A DNA stretch of 64,000 nucleotides from Tubulanus polymorphus (lineage: Eukaryota > Animalia > Nemertea): positions 14,577,653-14,641,652 of the forward strand of contig NC_134028.1 of NCBI RefSeq assembly GCF_964204645.1, given 5' to 3'. The notes under the pieces are model-generated. The model did not search any database and had not been told where the DNA came from. It was given only the letters and a program-made list of their open reading frames with translations. Numbering within the stretch: position 1 is the stretch's first letter; each line of letters opens with the position of its first letter. Positions 25,074-38,540 of this stretch are shown piece after piece. A program made the position numbers and the translations under genes.

Positions 25074-28000
25074 TTATATGTTAATAAATTTTTGCAATAC
25101 TACGTACATTTGAGTTGTTACTGTTTTGTCGCTTCTTTGAAGTCTCATTGGATCTCCAAAACCCATAACCGAAATGAATAGAATTTGAAAGTTAAACGAG
25201 CCTTACCTGAAAGGTGAAGTTTGACTGGAATTCTATGGAGTGAGGTTATGGGTTGGATATCAAATGCCCTCCCTTCCACTCCCATTGTTAGGGCTCCAAA
25301 ACAGTATTTGTTGAATACTGATGGCGCATGCGCGAGGCATATCTCATTTGATCTCCAACCCATAACCTCACTCTATAGAATTCCAGTCAAACTTCACCTT
25401 TCAGGTAAGGCTCGTTTAACTTTCAAATTATTGCATGACCAAAAAACGAAGAATGCCTGATTCTGGTGCATCCGCAGTTGTGAGCCAAAAAGAGTCAAAT
25501 GAAGACTCACATCTATGAATAATTTTTTGGATTAGAACCTAATAGCGCCGCTTATAATTGTTATTAGCCACTTATACTAAGCGCCTAATAGCACCGGATC
25601 AATATTTTGTGGGATTGGAACCTAATAGAAACTACAGCGACGCTCATGCTAGAGTCATTAAAGTTCACATGTCATGACGCCTGGGCGCGATTTTTTTTTC
25701 ACAAGAGCGTTTCCGCCATCTTGTTTGCAGTGCACATGCTCCCTATTCCGTTTGTAAACACAATCCACACGTGTGCACTACACTCGCTGTATCAGCGCCC
25801 GCTGCTATTAACCTACTAACAAATGTGAGTCAAATATACCCGCCAACCTGGGCACCTTTTCAACGATTTTACATTATGAAAAATTTTGAAATTGACATTC
25901 TGCCACCGTTCTACATTCATATTTCAACTATAAACTTTTGGAGGAAATTGTCGTTAAGCTTTCTGATCGCACCTGCGTGCTTGAAATGGAAATTAGTAAT
26001 AGTAGTATGATTGAAAATAAATATCTAAATCTAAATCATTCTATTTTCTTTCAAAAAGGCTGCATTGGGTAATGTGGTTAGGGAATAAACAGAATTTTCT
26101 ATGCCTTTGTATTCCTCAAAAGTTGATCTCTAATTTCTAACACTCATCAACAAGTCTTTTCTGTGTAAGTTTCAAACATTTTGATTGAGTAGGAAAATGC
26201 TACACGTCCGGGTTCATGATAAGCAGGTCTGATAAGTAGTAGACCCTAACGTGCGCTCGTATCAGCGTGTTAACAGTAATACACTTCTATATACGTACGC
26301 GGGCACAGGCCTACACTATGGAAACTCTCCTGTGCACAACAAAATTAATTTATGATAGACTGGCATGCCATCTGGTGATATTATAGGTTTATCCTTGATG
26401 ACGTGAGTTGATCCTTCACGTCATGACATTATCCTTAATGTTATGAATTTATCCTTCACGTTAGGGGTTTATCCTTCACGCGATGACTTGATCGTCTGTT
26501 TGGCGGGGATGGCCGCCCATACAGGTCGCACATAACAACGATTCTGAGTGAAGATATAAGCTTGCCTGCCTACTTAAATCAATCCTATCGTGAAATTATT
26601 AAACACCATGTCAGTTGATAAGCTTTATTTCGTCAGTAATCGGCAATGGCCTCAAATTTGCATACACTTGGGAGCTTCTGTCCTAATTGAGTCGTATGCT
26701 GATGAAAATCCTCCGATGAAACCCAGGCTCTCACTTTGCTGGGTCACTCATAGTTTTAGTTTTTTTATATGTCATTCTATGAATGTATTAGAATTATGAA
26801 TATTAATTTATTGAGACAAAATTTCCCAAAATCAAGTCTTTTCTGATATATTTTTCTTATTTCATTTTTAATGAAATTAATTTTTTCGTACTAGTAGCCT
26901 ATACATGACAAATTTCATATATTCATACAAATCATTCATTAGAGCATTATCTAATCTCCAACCCCTATGAAACTGAATTTTAAAAGAGGCCTCATTAAAA
27001 TCTATATGAGCTTTTTTTGCGAAAATCTGATCGCAAAAATATCTGTTTTAAAAAGCCAATGTGAAAGCAAAGACTCCTCTCTGATTGGCTTAGCCGCAGA
27101 GATCAGCGGGTGTTCACGTGAACCCGCGGTATCGTCTTACCGTTTTACTTCCGGATTTTATTTTAAGATCTAAAATTGTATTTCAATATCGATTTCTGTG
27201 AAATCTTTGGTTGATTTTTGGGAGGAATATTTGTATTTGCACTACAGAAAATATCATTGACAATTGTGCAGAAAGTCCGGGAAAAATAGCTTTTTCTCAA
27301 ATCGGATGGATGACCTTGATATGATAATTAGCCATGTGCTCAATCTGCAAATTCAATCAAATTCTATTCTGCAACAAAATATCAAATATTGAACAAGGTT
27401 AAACAGCAAATCCAATTCAATTTTTTTTTATCGAGCAAATTTCAGAAAATTCAATTCTATCCCGCATTCAAATCAATAAGACCAAGGGAAAAGATTTGTC
27501 TGAGGTATTTGTTCCTGCCAGCTCCAGTCGCTGTCTGTGCTACTTATGAAAGCACGATTAAATTGTGTAAATTATTAGCCTGGGATTGACTTGTCTATCG
27601 AGCTGGGAGTGTATTTGGACAAATTTAACCCACAATGCATCATTTGGCATTTTATGAAAAGCTGACAGGCTGGCCATAGTTCCCCTTGGGGCTTTTGTTC
27701 TTTATACCCAATTGTGGCCAATCGAGCTTGTTCAAAAGGTGGATAACTCTCATCCGGCGTGTAACTCTTATCCTGATGGATAACTTATAGGAAAAGGAAC
27801 TAGCCTGGATAAAGTTATACGGCGGATAAAATTATACACTTATGAATAACCGGCCCCTGGTGTCTCCAATACATCTGTCTTCAATGAAAATACCAAAATA
27901 ATTTTACCGAGGTACTAGTCTTCCAAGTTGCATGGGTGACAGTCAACCATACCATGACAGCCAGGAAAGAAGCGGCTGCTGAAGCCATGATTGAGTTGCA

Positions 28001-28904
28001 AAGAAGGTCCACTTAAGCTTCCAGTTAGGGAGTTGAAGTTTTATTTATTGAGGCTCTGAGAGTTCACAACGCATCTTCAGAAGCATAGATAAGCAAAATT
28101 TTTCACGCTCACAGCCACCAATTAAAAATTGTGCCGAACGTGCTGCGCGCTTCGGTTTGCGGGTACTATGGGATTTATTATCAGAAATCCCAATCTTCCG
28201 ACTTTAATCGGAATTCCAAACATTTTAAAAATTTTCATGGTCTCTGAGATAGATAAAGATTTGATGTTACTTTCAAAATTTTCCCAAACCCCCGTTATAG
28301 CTTCGCACCTTCGGTGCTTGGCGCTGGCAAGGATAGAATGGGGTTAAATTGATTTCCATTATTTTTAGTAACTACTGTTGGGATCCCTGATTATGTTGTG
28401 AGACAGTCACAAAATGACCGTGGATCTGCGCCTGAGAACGATTGAATGGGGTTTGAAATAACACGCGACAAACAGATACACCAGTTCATGTAAAGTACTA
28501 TGGCTCAATAAAGTTACATACCATGCCTCACTTATCACAATATATAGTTTAACTGGTTTACAACCAATTTTTGCTTTCTCTGTGAAATTTTTGCTGTGGC
28601 TGTTATTCATCTGCTTTTAAGGTATTCATTTATGTGCAGTTTGATTTAAGGTGGTTGGATAGAGCGTCAAACATAAACCTCAAAAGGAATAACCAGCGAA
28701 AAGTTTCAGCTCATGCAGATCTTTGAGAAAATAAGCCCAGAAAACAAACATAACTTTTAAAATTAAGACAGTATTGAATTCTAAATTAAATTTCAGAGCA
28801 AGTGGTGACTGGTATTAATTGTTATACACATGTAATTGTAGTTGATACGTTTAGATACATTGATCCAGCCTGCCCGGCAAGGCGGGACTTGTTCCTTTTC
28901 CCAA

Positions 28905-29700
28905 CGTGCTTCGGAAGTCGCAGGGTCCATAGATCTCTTGTTTCTTATACATGAAAAGTGTCGGTTGGCATTCTGCCAGAAGTATGTCAAATCGCAGCAC
29001 AAAATGTAGTGGTAATTCTTACGGGGTTGTCTTTTGTCATTAAGCAAGTAGAATTGATGCGCGGAGTTCAGGCCAGTAAGCTAAGAAGGGATGATGCAAT
29101 TTTTTCCGAGAAAAAAATGAAAAACATTGAAAATTCTCCGCTTTCTATAAGTAACACTTATATTTGTGTTTCCGACGTGAATACGGGAAATCTAGAATTC
29201 CAGGGAATTTTGGCACTTCTGACATAATAATGGGAGTCACAGAATGGCGAGCAATTCAGTTGATAGTAGACAAAAACCCACAATAAAAAGAAAAACTATC
29301 TGGTAGTTTAACGTTTCAACTCCATTCTATGAGCCACTTGTCTATGGAAAACAATTCAGTTGATGTTCGTGCCGTGCTTAGTTCGCTTGTAGTTTGTTCG
29401 TTGTGAGGATTATAATAGTCAGCTATCTAATTTATTATCCCAAACTTAGTTAGTATGGCCATAGAGTCCTAGCTTAGATTTGTCTTATCATTGTCTTATT
29501 TTGCCTATAGAATACATTCTTGGAAAAATTGAGATGATGACGCAGCTACAATGCTGTTTATGGATAGACGGTCGACAAACATTTTGCATCCTTTTTGATG
29601 ATATCCGAGTAAATTGGTTCCACACAGTTTTGTGCCCATTTTTTCCATTTGTTATTGTCTTAAATAGTTGGTTCTATTGTGGTATATTTACACCGTTCGC
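28905..29700 (+). repeat. Dispersed repeat, partner copy at ~45270-45900
   Basis: Shared AAGCAAGTAGAATTGATGCGC, GACGTGAATACGGGAAAT, AATGGCGAGCAATTCA, GTTGTGAGGATTATAATAG, ATTGGTTCCACACAGTT in the same order. Confidence 0.85.
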
Positions 29701-30059
29701 TTAAACGCGCTGCTGTTACATGATCTTAACCTATAGAGAAATATTGCCTCAAACGCTTGCTTGTGTTGTCCAGGAATATGATTAGCTGGTAGGCCTAAGA
29801 TAAGAATTTTGGAACTGTTTGATTGGCTTCCTGGATTTTTATTTTGGGGATACTAAGAATTGCAATTGCATAAACACAGCCAATGTCAAAATGTGTGTCA
29901 TGCTTCCCAGAGCCCTTAAAGTTTTCTGGTCATATTTAAACCCAAACTAACAGGCGCACGAGTGAAAATCAAAATGAATACATGAATAATCGTACGTTCT
30001 TCTAGATACTAGAAAGGTAAACCACTTTGCATGTGGAAAATTATTTCTTAGGCATACTG

Positions 30060-30500
30060 TATTCACTGTCTGTCCATCCGTGCAGTGGTTTCCCGTGCCC
30101 TTGCACCTAAAACCCTTTGACAGATTTATTTCAAATTGAATAGTTGTGTCGAACTATATGAGGTAAGTAACTGATTAGATTTTTGGTCCTGTAGGTCCAT
30201 GGTCAAGGTCACAGGAAGCCATTTTGTGAATGTCATTTCCGGGCTCTAACTCATAAACAGTATAAGATAACTTACTGAAATTCTATGGATGGGTTATCTT
30301 AGAGACCGTGGGTAACTGATTTGATTTTGGGTCCTGTAGGTCAAGGTGACTAAGCTGTTATGTATTTTTTATATCCGGGCTGTATCTCATAGAGGGTTTA
30401 AGATAATTTGGTGACATTTTTCAGATGGGTTATCCTAGAGCCGTGAGTAACTGATTACATTTTGGGTCGTGTAGGACAAAGGTCAAGGTCACAGGAACCG
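30060..30500 (-). repeat. HINE-like tandem-unit repeat fragment
   Basis: CTGTCTGTCCATCCGT microsatellite followed by three ~140-bp units carrying GTAACTGATT and GGTCAAGGT. Confidence 0.45.
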
Positions 30501-30719
30501 GGGCGGATTCAAGGGGGGAATGCTTCCCCTCAAAATTTGAAGGTGCCCTTAAAATATTTTTTTTTTAAAGTTATTTCTAATTTAAGTAAATTTTTTTATA
30601 AAACTAAACCATCCGTAATTGGGTGTTTCAAAAATAAAGTTGATGTTTTCCGGTGACTTTCACGGTGGGGGCCTAGACCACTCTTCCTTTTCGATTCTTA
30701 TCTTTGGCTGTTTGATACA

Positions 30720-31165
30720 TGTCTAGGATACATGATTCGCAAAGGCTCCCAGGTGCCACCAGAAAAGCCCAGATACCTCTAAAATTGTGGGTATGTGGCG
30801 GTGAAATATTGTGAATAGGTCTCAACAACAACCTATCCGAATTTATGTCCCACGATAAACCAAGTACATGGGCAGATGATGCGGAATCTAGAACACCACC
30901 ATTTTAGTCATTGATACGATCGCAGTTGCTTCTCTAACACATCAGTTAAATCCACCGCAGTACATAAGTGAGCATGCCCCGAAATGAAATTGCTCTGCAA
31001 TGACAAGGTCTGATAACGAAGAAAGCACATTGTCTTCGTATATATTTTGGATGATAATGTCCGCAATCCACGACGAATCAACGAATATAGCATCAAATGC
31101 TTATAAATCGTTGCATTGAGCATAAAGGGTGAGCTGCTAGCACCAAAATAAAACAAAACAATTCC
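30720..31165 (-). pseudogene. BEL/Pao retrotransposon RT relic
   Basis: FGASSSPFMLNATI..HL, a frameshifted IYEDN(V) resembling YVDN, and downstream VLGLSWD are Pao-type motifs. Confidence 0.7.
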
Positions 31166-31610
31166 ATTCAATCAGGTTTGAGTCCCACCCTATACGATTT
31201 GAAATTCTTATTGTGTCAATTTGAAAGTGTTATTCTTTGAATTTCTGGCTGGTTATAACCATCGTGTGATAAACCTTTGACAAAGAAACAAATCTTTTGT
31301 ACTACGCAACGCAGCAATGCTGCCGGATTTTTTATTGCAAATTTTGTTTTAAGTTCAATCCATGTGTCCGTAAATAATCACAGCATTTATCCTGTGTTTG
31401 TTTGAAACAGTAAAGCACAGTAGGCCTAAAGGTCATGTACAACTCAATAAACACCTTAAGTTGCCTAGAAACGATATCCTGCGGCATCAAAATTTCCTGC
31501 GGTTCACCTGTGGCATCAAAAACACTATCAAGCGTGAGGCCAGCTTCGGATAAGTATGTGTTATATACAGGTATTTTGTCAATATACTGTGGATTTAGTA
31601 AATATCGATA

Positions 31611-34600
31611 CGGTTCATGAACTTCGCTGAAAAAGCTGAAACACTGAAACGCTGAAATATAAAACGCTGAAATTTCAGGGAATTTCCAAAAAACGCCGAA
31701 ATTTCAGGGAATTCCCAAAAAACGCTGAAATCGTGCTAGGTACCGACAATACACGGATTGAAATATTTTTTGGGCCGGTGTCCGCTGTCGAGTCCTGAAC
31801 CGTGTTTTAGACTCTACCTTCGGTTACTGAGACATGCCTTAAGGTCGTCGTCATGTTCAACTTGATCGATTGCGGATTGCGTGGATTGTTAGATGTGTTT
31901 TTTGTTTTATGTGCATATACCGGTACGATCTAACAATGAAGTTATCACTTCATTTAAATAAATTCTTAATTACAGTAATATTAATTCTCAATATTTTTTT
32001 CTTATGTTTGGTGATTTCTTGCAACTTATCATTGCCAAGTCTCATACAAGTAGTAGCTGAATGAAAGTACAGTTAGGCAGAACCTGATAACCCATATTAA
32101 GTGCTAGCATGGAACTTATGATTATTTCGATTCTATTTTCGGTGTCATTGAAATTCGTTAATAAAGGTTCAACCGTCATAGTATACTGTACTTAGCATTG
32201 CTACGATTGGGTGCCATATTTCTACAATTTCTACATGGAGGAAAAAGTCTTGAAGTGTCTTTCGTTCCCGGGTAGGGTACGGGGTAATACCTGGTTTACT
32301 TTTTCTTTCAACTTGCTGGAGACTACTATCTGCAATGTATTGCATGCTTTGATTTGTCTGGCTTATAAGAGTCGAACGACATTTTCCCATACACAGGCTT
32401 GGCTTTAGTGTAGATGAAGGCTAGGCACTGCACATTATGGATTGACTGGAACTCTAAACTCACAAAATGAAACGAGTCAACAAGAAAGATCCAATAATTG
32501 GACGTTTGTCTAACTATATTATTTAACAGCCTAAAATAATACATAACACATTCTGCAATAGTACACAAAGGAAATCAGTTCTCACATTATATCAGAATCA
32601 ATAGTTTGCTTAACTCTGGCTTGAATTCTGGTTCCATTGCTTCATATTCTAATGAAATCCACCAGCATACCTTAGAATATCGCTTAGCTTAAGACTAAAA
32701 ATTTGGTATCAGGAAAACAAGGAAGTAAAGTGGGTGTACTGTACATCCGCAATTGACTTATTTCTCTCTGGTTGAATCAAGTTATTACTGAAATAGCATT
32801 CGAATAGCCATTTTATTTTTAAAAATTATGTCGTTCAGCTATCCTGCTGCAAATTTCGCAGTTGAAATTTACTGGTGCCATCTGATTTCTCAATATCTCA
32901 AAAAATTTGCACATTCTTAGCCTGAGTCTAAAAATAGAAAAAGGTGCATTTAAGTAGGTAATAAAAGAATAGTGGCTAATACACCCTGGACTATATAGCC
33001 TATGGAGTGGGCCTAGTTTGAAAGCACTGAGGTCCGAGGGAAGAGAAATAAATTATTCACAGTTGTTGAATGGTTTGCCCTAATTAGATTAATTGGTTGA
33101 CGCTAATTAGTATGACCCATACGTAGGGGCCTACTACATGCCATTGGCGTCAATCCATTCCATTCCATGGTGAATTAAAAAGAAATTTAGTTAGATCCCT
33201 TTTGTCCAAAAGCAGCATCATTTATATAACTAGCTGTCAAATTTAATTTACCTCCTTCAGAGAATACCATAGTCCGTCGCCCATCAACGTGTTGACAAAA
33301 GAAAAGTTGCTCATAATCATGTTTTATACATGAACGGTCAAATAAGATTTTATACGTCTTGCAGAAGTAAACCATATTCTTGGAATATTGAGCATAGTGT
33401 TTAAGTTGGCTTGCACGGTTTGGAAATGGTTTTTCCTCATTATGCTGCCGGTACGCATTAAAAATCCAGATTTAAAGCAAATTAATTTGTCCAACAAGTG
33501 GCCCTCGCAAAAACCGTAATGTTTCCAATGTCTCCGTTTTTAACGCATGCGCATTAGTGAGTGTTGGGGAAATTCTCTAAGTCCAGAAATCGTTTGAGTG
33601 CGCAGGCGTCACTACATGTCAGAACTTTCAAAACTGGGTCATGTCAGTGTACGCATAATGAATGTGTGATTTGATGACACCAATGTTTCCGTTTCTATTA
33701 GATTCAAATCCCACAATAAATAATTATCTTATTTCAATTCGATTTGAACATTGATGGCCCGAGTGTCACTCGTTTATTTTTGCGGCGCTACCAGATTCGA
33801 GCCCCGAAAAATACTGAACTTATTTCAATTCAATTTGAACTTAGATGACTCCAGTGACACGGATTTATTTTATACGACGCTATCATGTTCGAATCCCGAA
33901 AATGCTGATCTCGAAATGCTAACCATTATGAACTTCGGTGCACTTTCTATGGTGATCCCAATGTCACTGTTTATTTATTTGGATAAATTCATTTAATTGT
34001 ATTAAGATATAATACGCAAGCATATGATACGAGATTATTTAGACCCCACGATCCCGCTGCTAAAGTTCACGCTGGTTCATTTCAAGCGAATACCGTACTG
34101 AATCTGTCTCTCAGGATCAATGGATTTCATACATAACCGAAATTCGTTACCTATCCTATTTGCAGAAATTATGGCAACATTTATGGGGGACCTTTTCTTC
34201 ACTCTAGGTACTATTTTTGGGGTCCGGCCCTACGCATCTTCGAGCTACTAACCTAATTGTGGTCTGATGCCTGGAAATATTACGGTTTTTGCGTAGCCCT
34301 CTAGAAGTATACTCCACACAATATGTCCATGCACATCCTCGCTTGCCAGGGGTCCGGTATCACTCCCGAACTCGCTTCCACCAGCCCCCTGGCCTCACAA
34401 AGCGTGATTTCATTACTGGCACTGTTGTGCATGACGTCATATATCGATTTGCGAAATACTTCCTTGTTCAGTAAAACGTTCGCTGATTGGTCCATTTAAC
34501 GGGAAAACCAATAGAAGCCTAAAGTCTTTGTTACAAGCGCTGTGATTGGTACGACCGGATTCTGGTCGGCTAGTAACGACTCCAACGACTCGTGTGGTCA

Positions 34601-34862
34601 AGGGGTTCGGCGAACAGCTTTAGCGTAGTGGTGAAGATGGTCCATGCATGTCTCTGTAATGAAGGTAGAGACTAAAACACGGTACAGGACTCGGCAGCGG
34701 ACACCGGCCCGGAAAATATTTCAAAACGTGTATTGTCGGTTCCTAGCACGATTTCAGCGTTTTTCGGGAATTCCCTGAAATTTCGGAGTTTTTCGGAAAT
34801 TCCCTGAAATTTCAGCGTTTTTATTTCAGTGTTTCAGCTTTTTCAGCGAAGTTCAGGAACCG
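31611..34862. mobile_element. 3.25-kb non-autonomous TIR element with 9-bp TSD (MULE-like)
   Basis: ~200-bp TIRs (31611-~31821 and 34661-34862) beginning CGGTTC(A/C)TGAACTTCGCTG, with internal GCTGAAA repeats. Flanks are ATATCGATA and AGATCGACA (7/9). The host R1 repeat resumes across it. Confidence 0.85.
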
Positions 34863-36289
34863 AGATCGACATGTACTGTAGGAAAAATAGAATATTGATA
34901 AATGGTGGAAGCCCGCAGCCGAATCACTGGTAGTAATACATTCATCTTTTTTGATACCTCGTCACCACAACAGCATTTCTCTGCCCACATTTAGATACCT
35001 CGTCAACACAACAGCTTTTCTCCGCTGCTGCATCTGTTTAGCGTGACTAGTTTAAGCCTATGACTCACTGGTACTTAAATGATTTATCGTAGTATCGTAA
35101 TGAAAGGCTGAATCCAAGAACATGTCCATCGCAATTTGAGCCCAAACGTCTACTTTTACTTAGTATCCACTTGAGAACAATAAGCAATTAAACGATATCG
35201 GCTACTTTTCCAGTAGTATACATTTCAAAACAGTCACTCTAAAACAGTATTCTTTTCAATTCAGTTGGTTTTCTATAGTGGCTGTTTCGAAGAGTAACCA
35301 TTTTAAAAACATCTGGTTTCAATAGTGCACACTAGCAGTAGAGGTGACTGTAAAACTGCCTGCCTGTAACCAGTGACTTTGTGATAGTTACTCCTACCTT
35401 AAAGGGTCATGAAGAGGTTTTTAACACGTTCGCTGCCACCTAGCGGTGTAAGGTCCGGTCATCATTGCCAACGCTAATTTTTTACATTATACAATTTATA
35501 TGCTGCCAGCACTATTTGGGCATTGATAAATCAATACACTGAACTATTTTAGTATAAAAAAACCAATGACGAGATAACTTGTCACTGGCACTGGTGAAGA
35601 GATTCTCAATTTTTTCTTGTCCCCATTGCCAGTGAAAAGTATGAAAAATCAAAATAAAAATCTAAAAGATTAAAAGTTTTGTTGTAAAAATTATATGGAA
35701 TGATTTTAGTTGTTATATTCTCTCAAAATATTGGCCGGAAAAGAAGCTAAAACTCATTGCTTTCTGGAGATTTTTTTGAAAAAATTTCAAGTGTGCGATG
35801 ATAGATGGCGAATTCATCGCACAACACCAGTTAGTTGACTGCCTTTGCTACTAAAACAAACTATCATCAGTCGTTCAATGCAGTGTGTTAGTGACGTCAT
35901 CTATTGAAATGGGGTCTGAACACGCATGAATGGGCATATTTTATACAAATACCCCCTCTGCACTAGTGATTGCTGCAGATTTTATCACTTTTAAAAGAAA
36001 TGCTGCTTATTTTACATGAAAAAGACGAGAATATAATAACGAGCAATAACGTGTTTTCTGCACAACCTTGTTCATATTCTTGATCTTGTCTGGATACTGT
36101 GTCGACCACGATCGCGTGAACGTTGATGCAGCCAAACCATGCCATGAAAATGAAGGGAATTTAGAATCCTGTTCAACCGTCAATAGGGTTTTATAAAAGG
36201 ACGGTCGCCAAACAGTCAATTAGGCCTCTTTTGAAACCATGGATGACTGGACCAGATAGTTATTTGACTCTGGAAAATCGACTGTTAGG

Positions 36290-36535
36290 CCTATTAGTAT
36301 TTATGGTTTTCAAAAAAGCATTTGATAAGGTACAACATCAGCGATTACTAAACAAGCTATTCGGAAACTGTATCAATGATGGGTCGTTTAAATGGCTCAG
36401 CAGATTTCTCTGAACCATAACAGGTGGCCGAAATCAAAGGAACTCATCTTGGAATAAATCGGGCTAACGAGTGGAGTCACACAAGGTAGTATCCTAAGTC
36501 GTCTTCTCTTCACTATCCTGATAGATGAGTAATCA
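36290..36535 (+). pseudogene. CR1/L2-type LINE RT relic
   Basis: FKKAFDKVQHQRLLNKL, KWLSRFL and, in another frame, SGVTQGSIL. Confidence 0.7.
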
Positions 36536-36674
36536 AATACGTAACGGACTGAGTATATTTCATAAAACGATCTAAACAAGCAGTGTTCTGTACATTGTCA
36601 GAAAGTTGGGCTTCTACCTGAAAGGCATGATATGGATATTGGATACAAAGAAAACCCAGGTTCAGATTATACCT

Positions 36675-37240
36675 TTGTGTTCGAATGAGAAGATTATTTT
36701 GTTCGAATTATGATTACTTATTATAACAAAGACTATCTAGTTCCACCATAATTTTGCTCTTTGGAACTAAAAACGCTTCGAACAATATATCTGTTCGAAC
36801 AAAAAACGTGATGTTCCGAAGAAAATCTTGTTCGGATAAAAACTATTCTGTTTGATCGAACAATACACTTTTTGTTCGAAGGACAACTTGTCTTCGTTCT
36901 GACCAAAAAAATTAGTTTGAATAAAAAGCTTTGTTATTGTTGAAATGAAAACTTTATGTCCCGACAAAAACATTTTGTGGAGCAAAAAAATTTCGTTTAA
37001 ACGAATGTTTGAATGAAAACAATCGTGTTCGATTTAATAATATACATGTACTTAATACTCTGTGTTCGGACAAAAAAGGTTGTTCGAACAACGAAAACAA
37101 CTTTGTGCTAATGATTCTTTCAAATTGGTTCAATCGAACAAAATATTATTGGTTTTATCGAAATAATTTTTATTCCGAGGAAAAAGCTTTTTCGAGAGAA
37201 AGGTCTTTTGAACGAACAAAAGATCTTTCTAGGGCTCCGC
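36675..37240. repeat. Degenerate ~20-22-bp minisatellite-like tract with TGTTCGAACA core
   Basis: GTTCGAA/TTCGAAC variants recur roughly every 20 bp in AT-rich spacers. Confidence 0.55.
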
Positions 37241-37464
37241 AGTAACTTAAGTCATTAGGAATTAATGAAATACCAGTTTCATTGATGATGAAAAAACTCA
37301 AATGAAAAGTCTGGTTTATAAAGCTGTCTTTTTTTTCCAAAAAATCTTAATTTTTACCAATGAAATATCGTTTATAATTGTGATTGATCATTGCAAGTCA
37401 GAACCAGTTAATCACTCATACATGTATTTTAATAAATCTGATTCCTCCTTTACAATGAAAGACC

Positions 37465-38540
37465 TAGAGGTCACGTACAACTCAATAAACACTTCAAGCG
37501 ACCTACTGTCTGTCACACCTGCTCTCCGTGCGACGTTTTGGTCCGTAATTTCGTTAATAATCGGTTTATCTCTGAATAATATGCATCAATTTGTTCAGTA
37601 AGGAAACCTGCATTCAGAAATAAATCATGAAGTGGCATAGATTTTTTTGTATTTTCATCTATCGGCGATAGTTTACCTAGCATACGCTCGCGTAATGCTG
37701 AAAAACGGCTTTTATGGCCCATCACTCGGCGCTACCTACTGTATTTTTATATGCTAATGAGCAGGTGATGACGTCACTGTAACGTTTCCGAGCGTCCGCG
37801 GAGCGGATTTTTCAGCATTACGCGAGCGTATGCTGAGTAAACTATCGCTCATAAATGAAATCAAAAACAACGTAAGTAAAAATTGTTGTTTATTTCTGAA
37901 TGCAAAGTCCTCACTGAACAAATTGCTGTGTAATAAAGGTAGATAAACTGTTTATTAACGAAACCGTCGCATGGAGAGCAGGTGTGACAGACAGTAGAAA
38001 TGATCTACTATCCACCGCGGCATCCGAGACGCTCACTCCGAATATCAAGCTTGAGTCCAGCTTACGGATAAGAATGTGTAATATACAGGCATTTAGTAAA
38101 TGTCCCGTGGATTTGGTAAAGATCGGTATGTTCTGTAGGAAAAATAGATTATTGATAAATGTTTGAAATCCGCGGCCGAATCACTGGTAGTAATAAACCC
38201 ATATATAATATTATCACCACAACAGCTTTCTCCGCTGCATCAGTTCGGCATGTTTAGGTTAGGCCTATACAACTCGGTACTCTAATGATTTATCGTAGTA
38301 AATATCCGATAAAGAAACTAACTGTTTGAAGCCTGCGGCCAAATCACTGGGAGTAATAAATCTATTTGTACTTGCTTTGATTCTCATGGCGCAGAGAACC
38401 CGCAGCGGATCCGCGGAACGACGATGTAAAGACACAAGTTGATTCATCGATCTTTACAGCTCGACAGTGCTTATAAAATTTAGAGTAGTAAATTATATCT
38501 TGTCGGTCGGTTAAGTGTCCTGATGAAGAAAATGGGTGAT
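37465..38540 (+). repeat. Repeat family R1, copy with an internal ~500-bp inverted repeat
   Basis: 37503-37710 is inverted at 37808-37998 (CTACTGTCTGTCACACCTGCTCTCC ... GGAGAGCAGGTGTGACAGACAGTAG). The remainder is colinear with 16195-16660. Confidence 0.85.

Larger units (their letters stand above)
20747..25429 (+). mobile_element. DIRS1-like tyrosine-recombinase retrotransposon, structurally complete but with broken ORFs
   Basis: Left ITR 20747-20815, right ITR 25317-25429, and an internal complementary region 25143-~25265 matching both termini. Gag, RT/RH/MTase and YR remnants lie in between. Confidence 0.95.
20283..25628. mobile_element. Short-TIR element that hosts the DIRS insertion
   Basis: CTAATAGGTTCGAATCCC at ~20283 and imperfect inverted GGGATTGGAACCTAATAG ending 25628. 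No TSD identified. Confidence 0.4.

Noticed and set aside
25184-25429. Long hairpin as a miRNA or other ncRNA gene
   Set aside because: Fully explained by pairing of the DIRS ICR with the right ITR.
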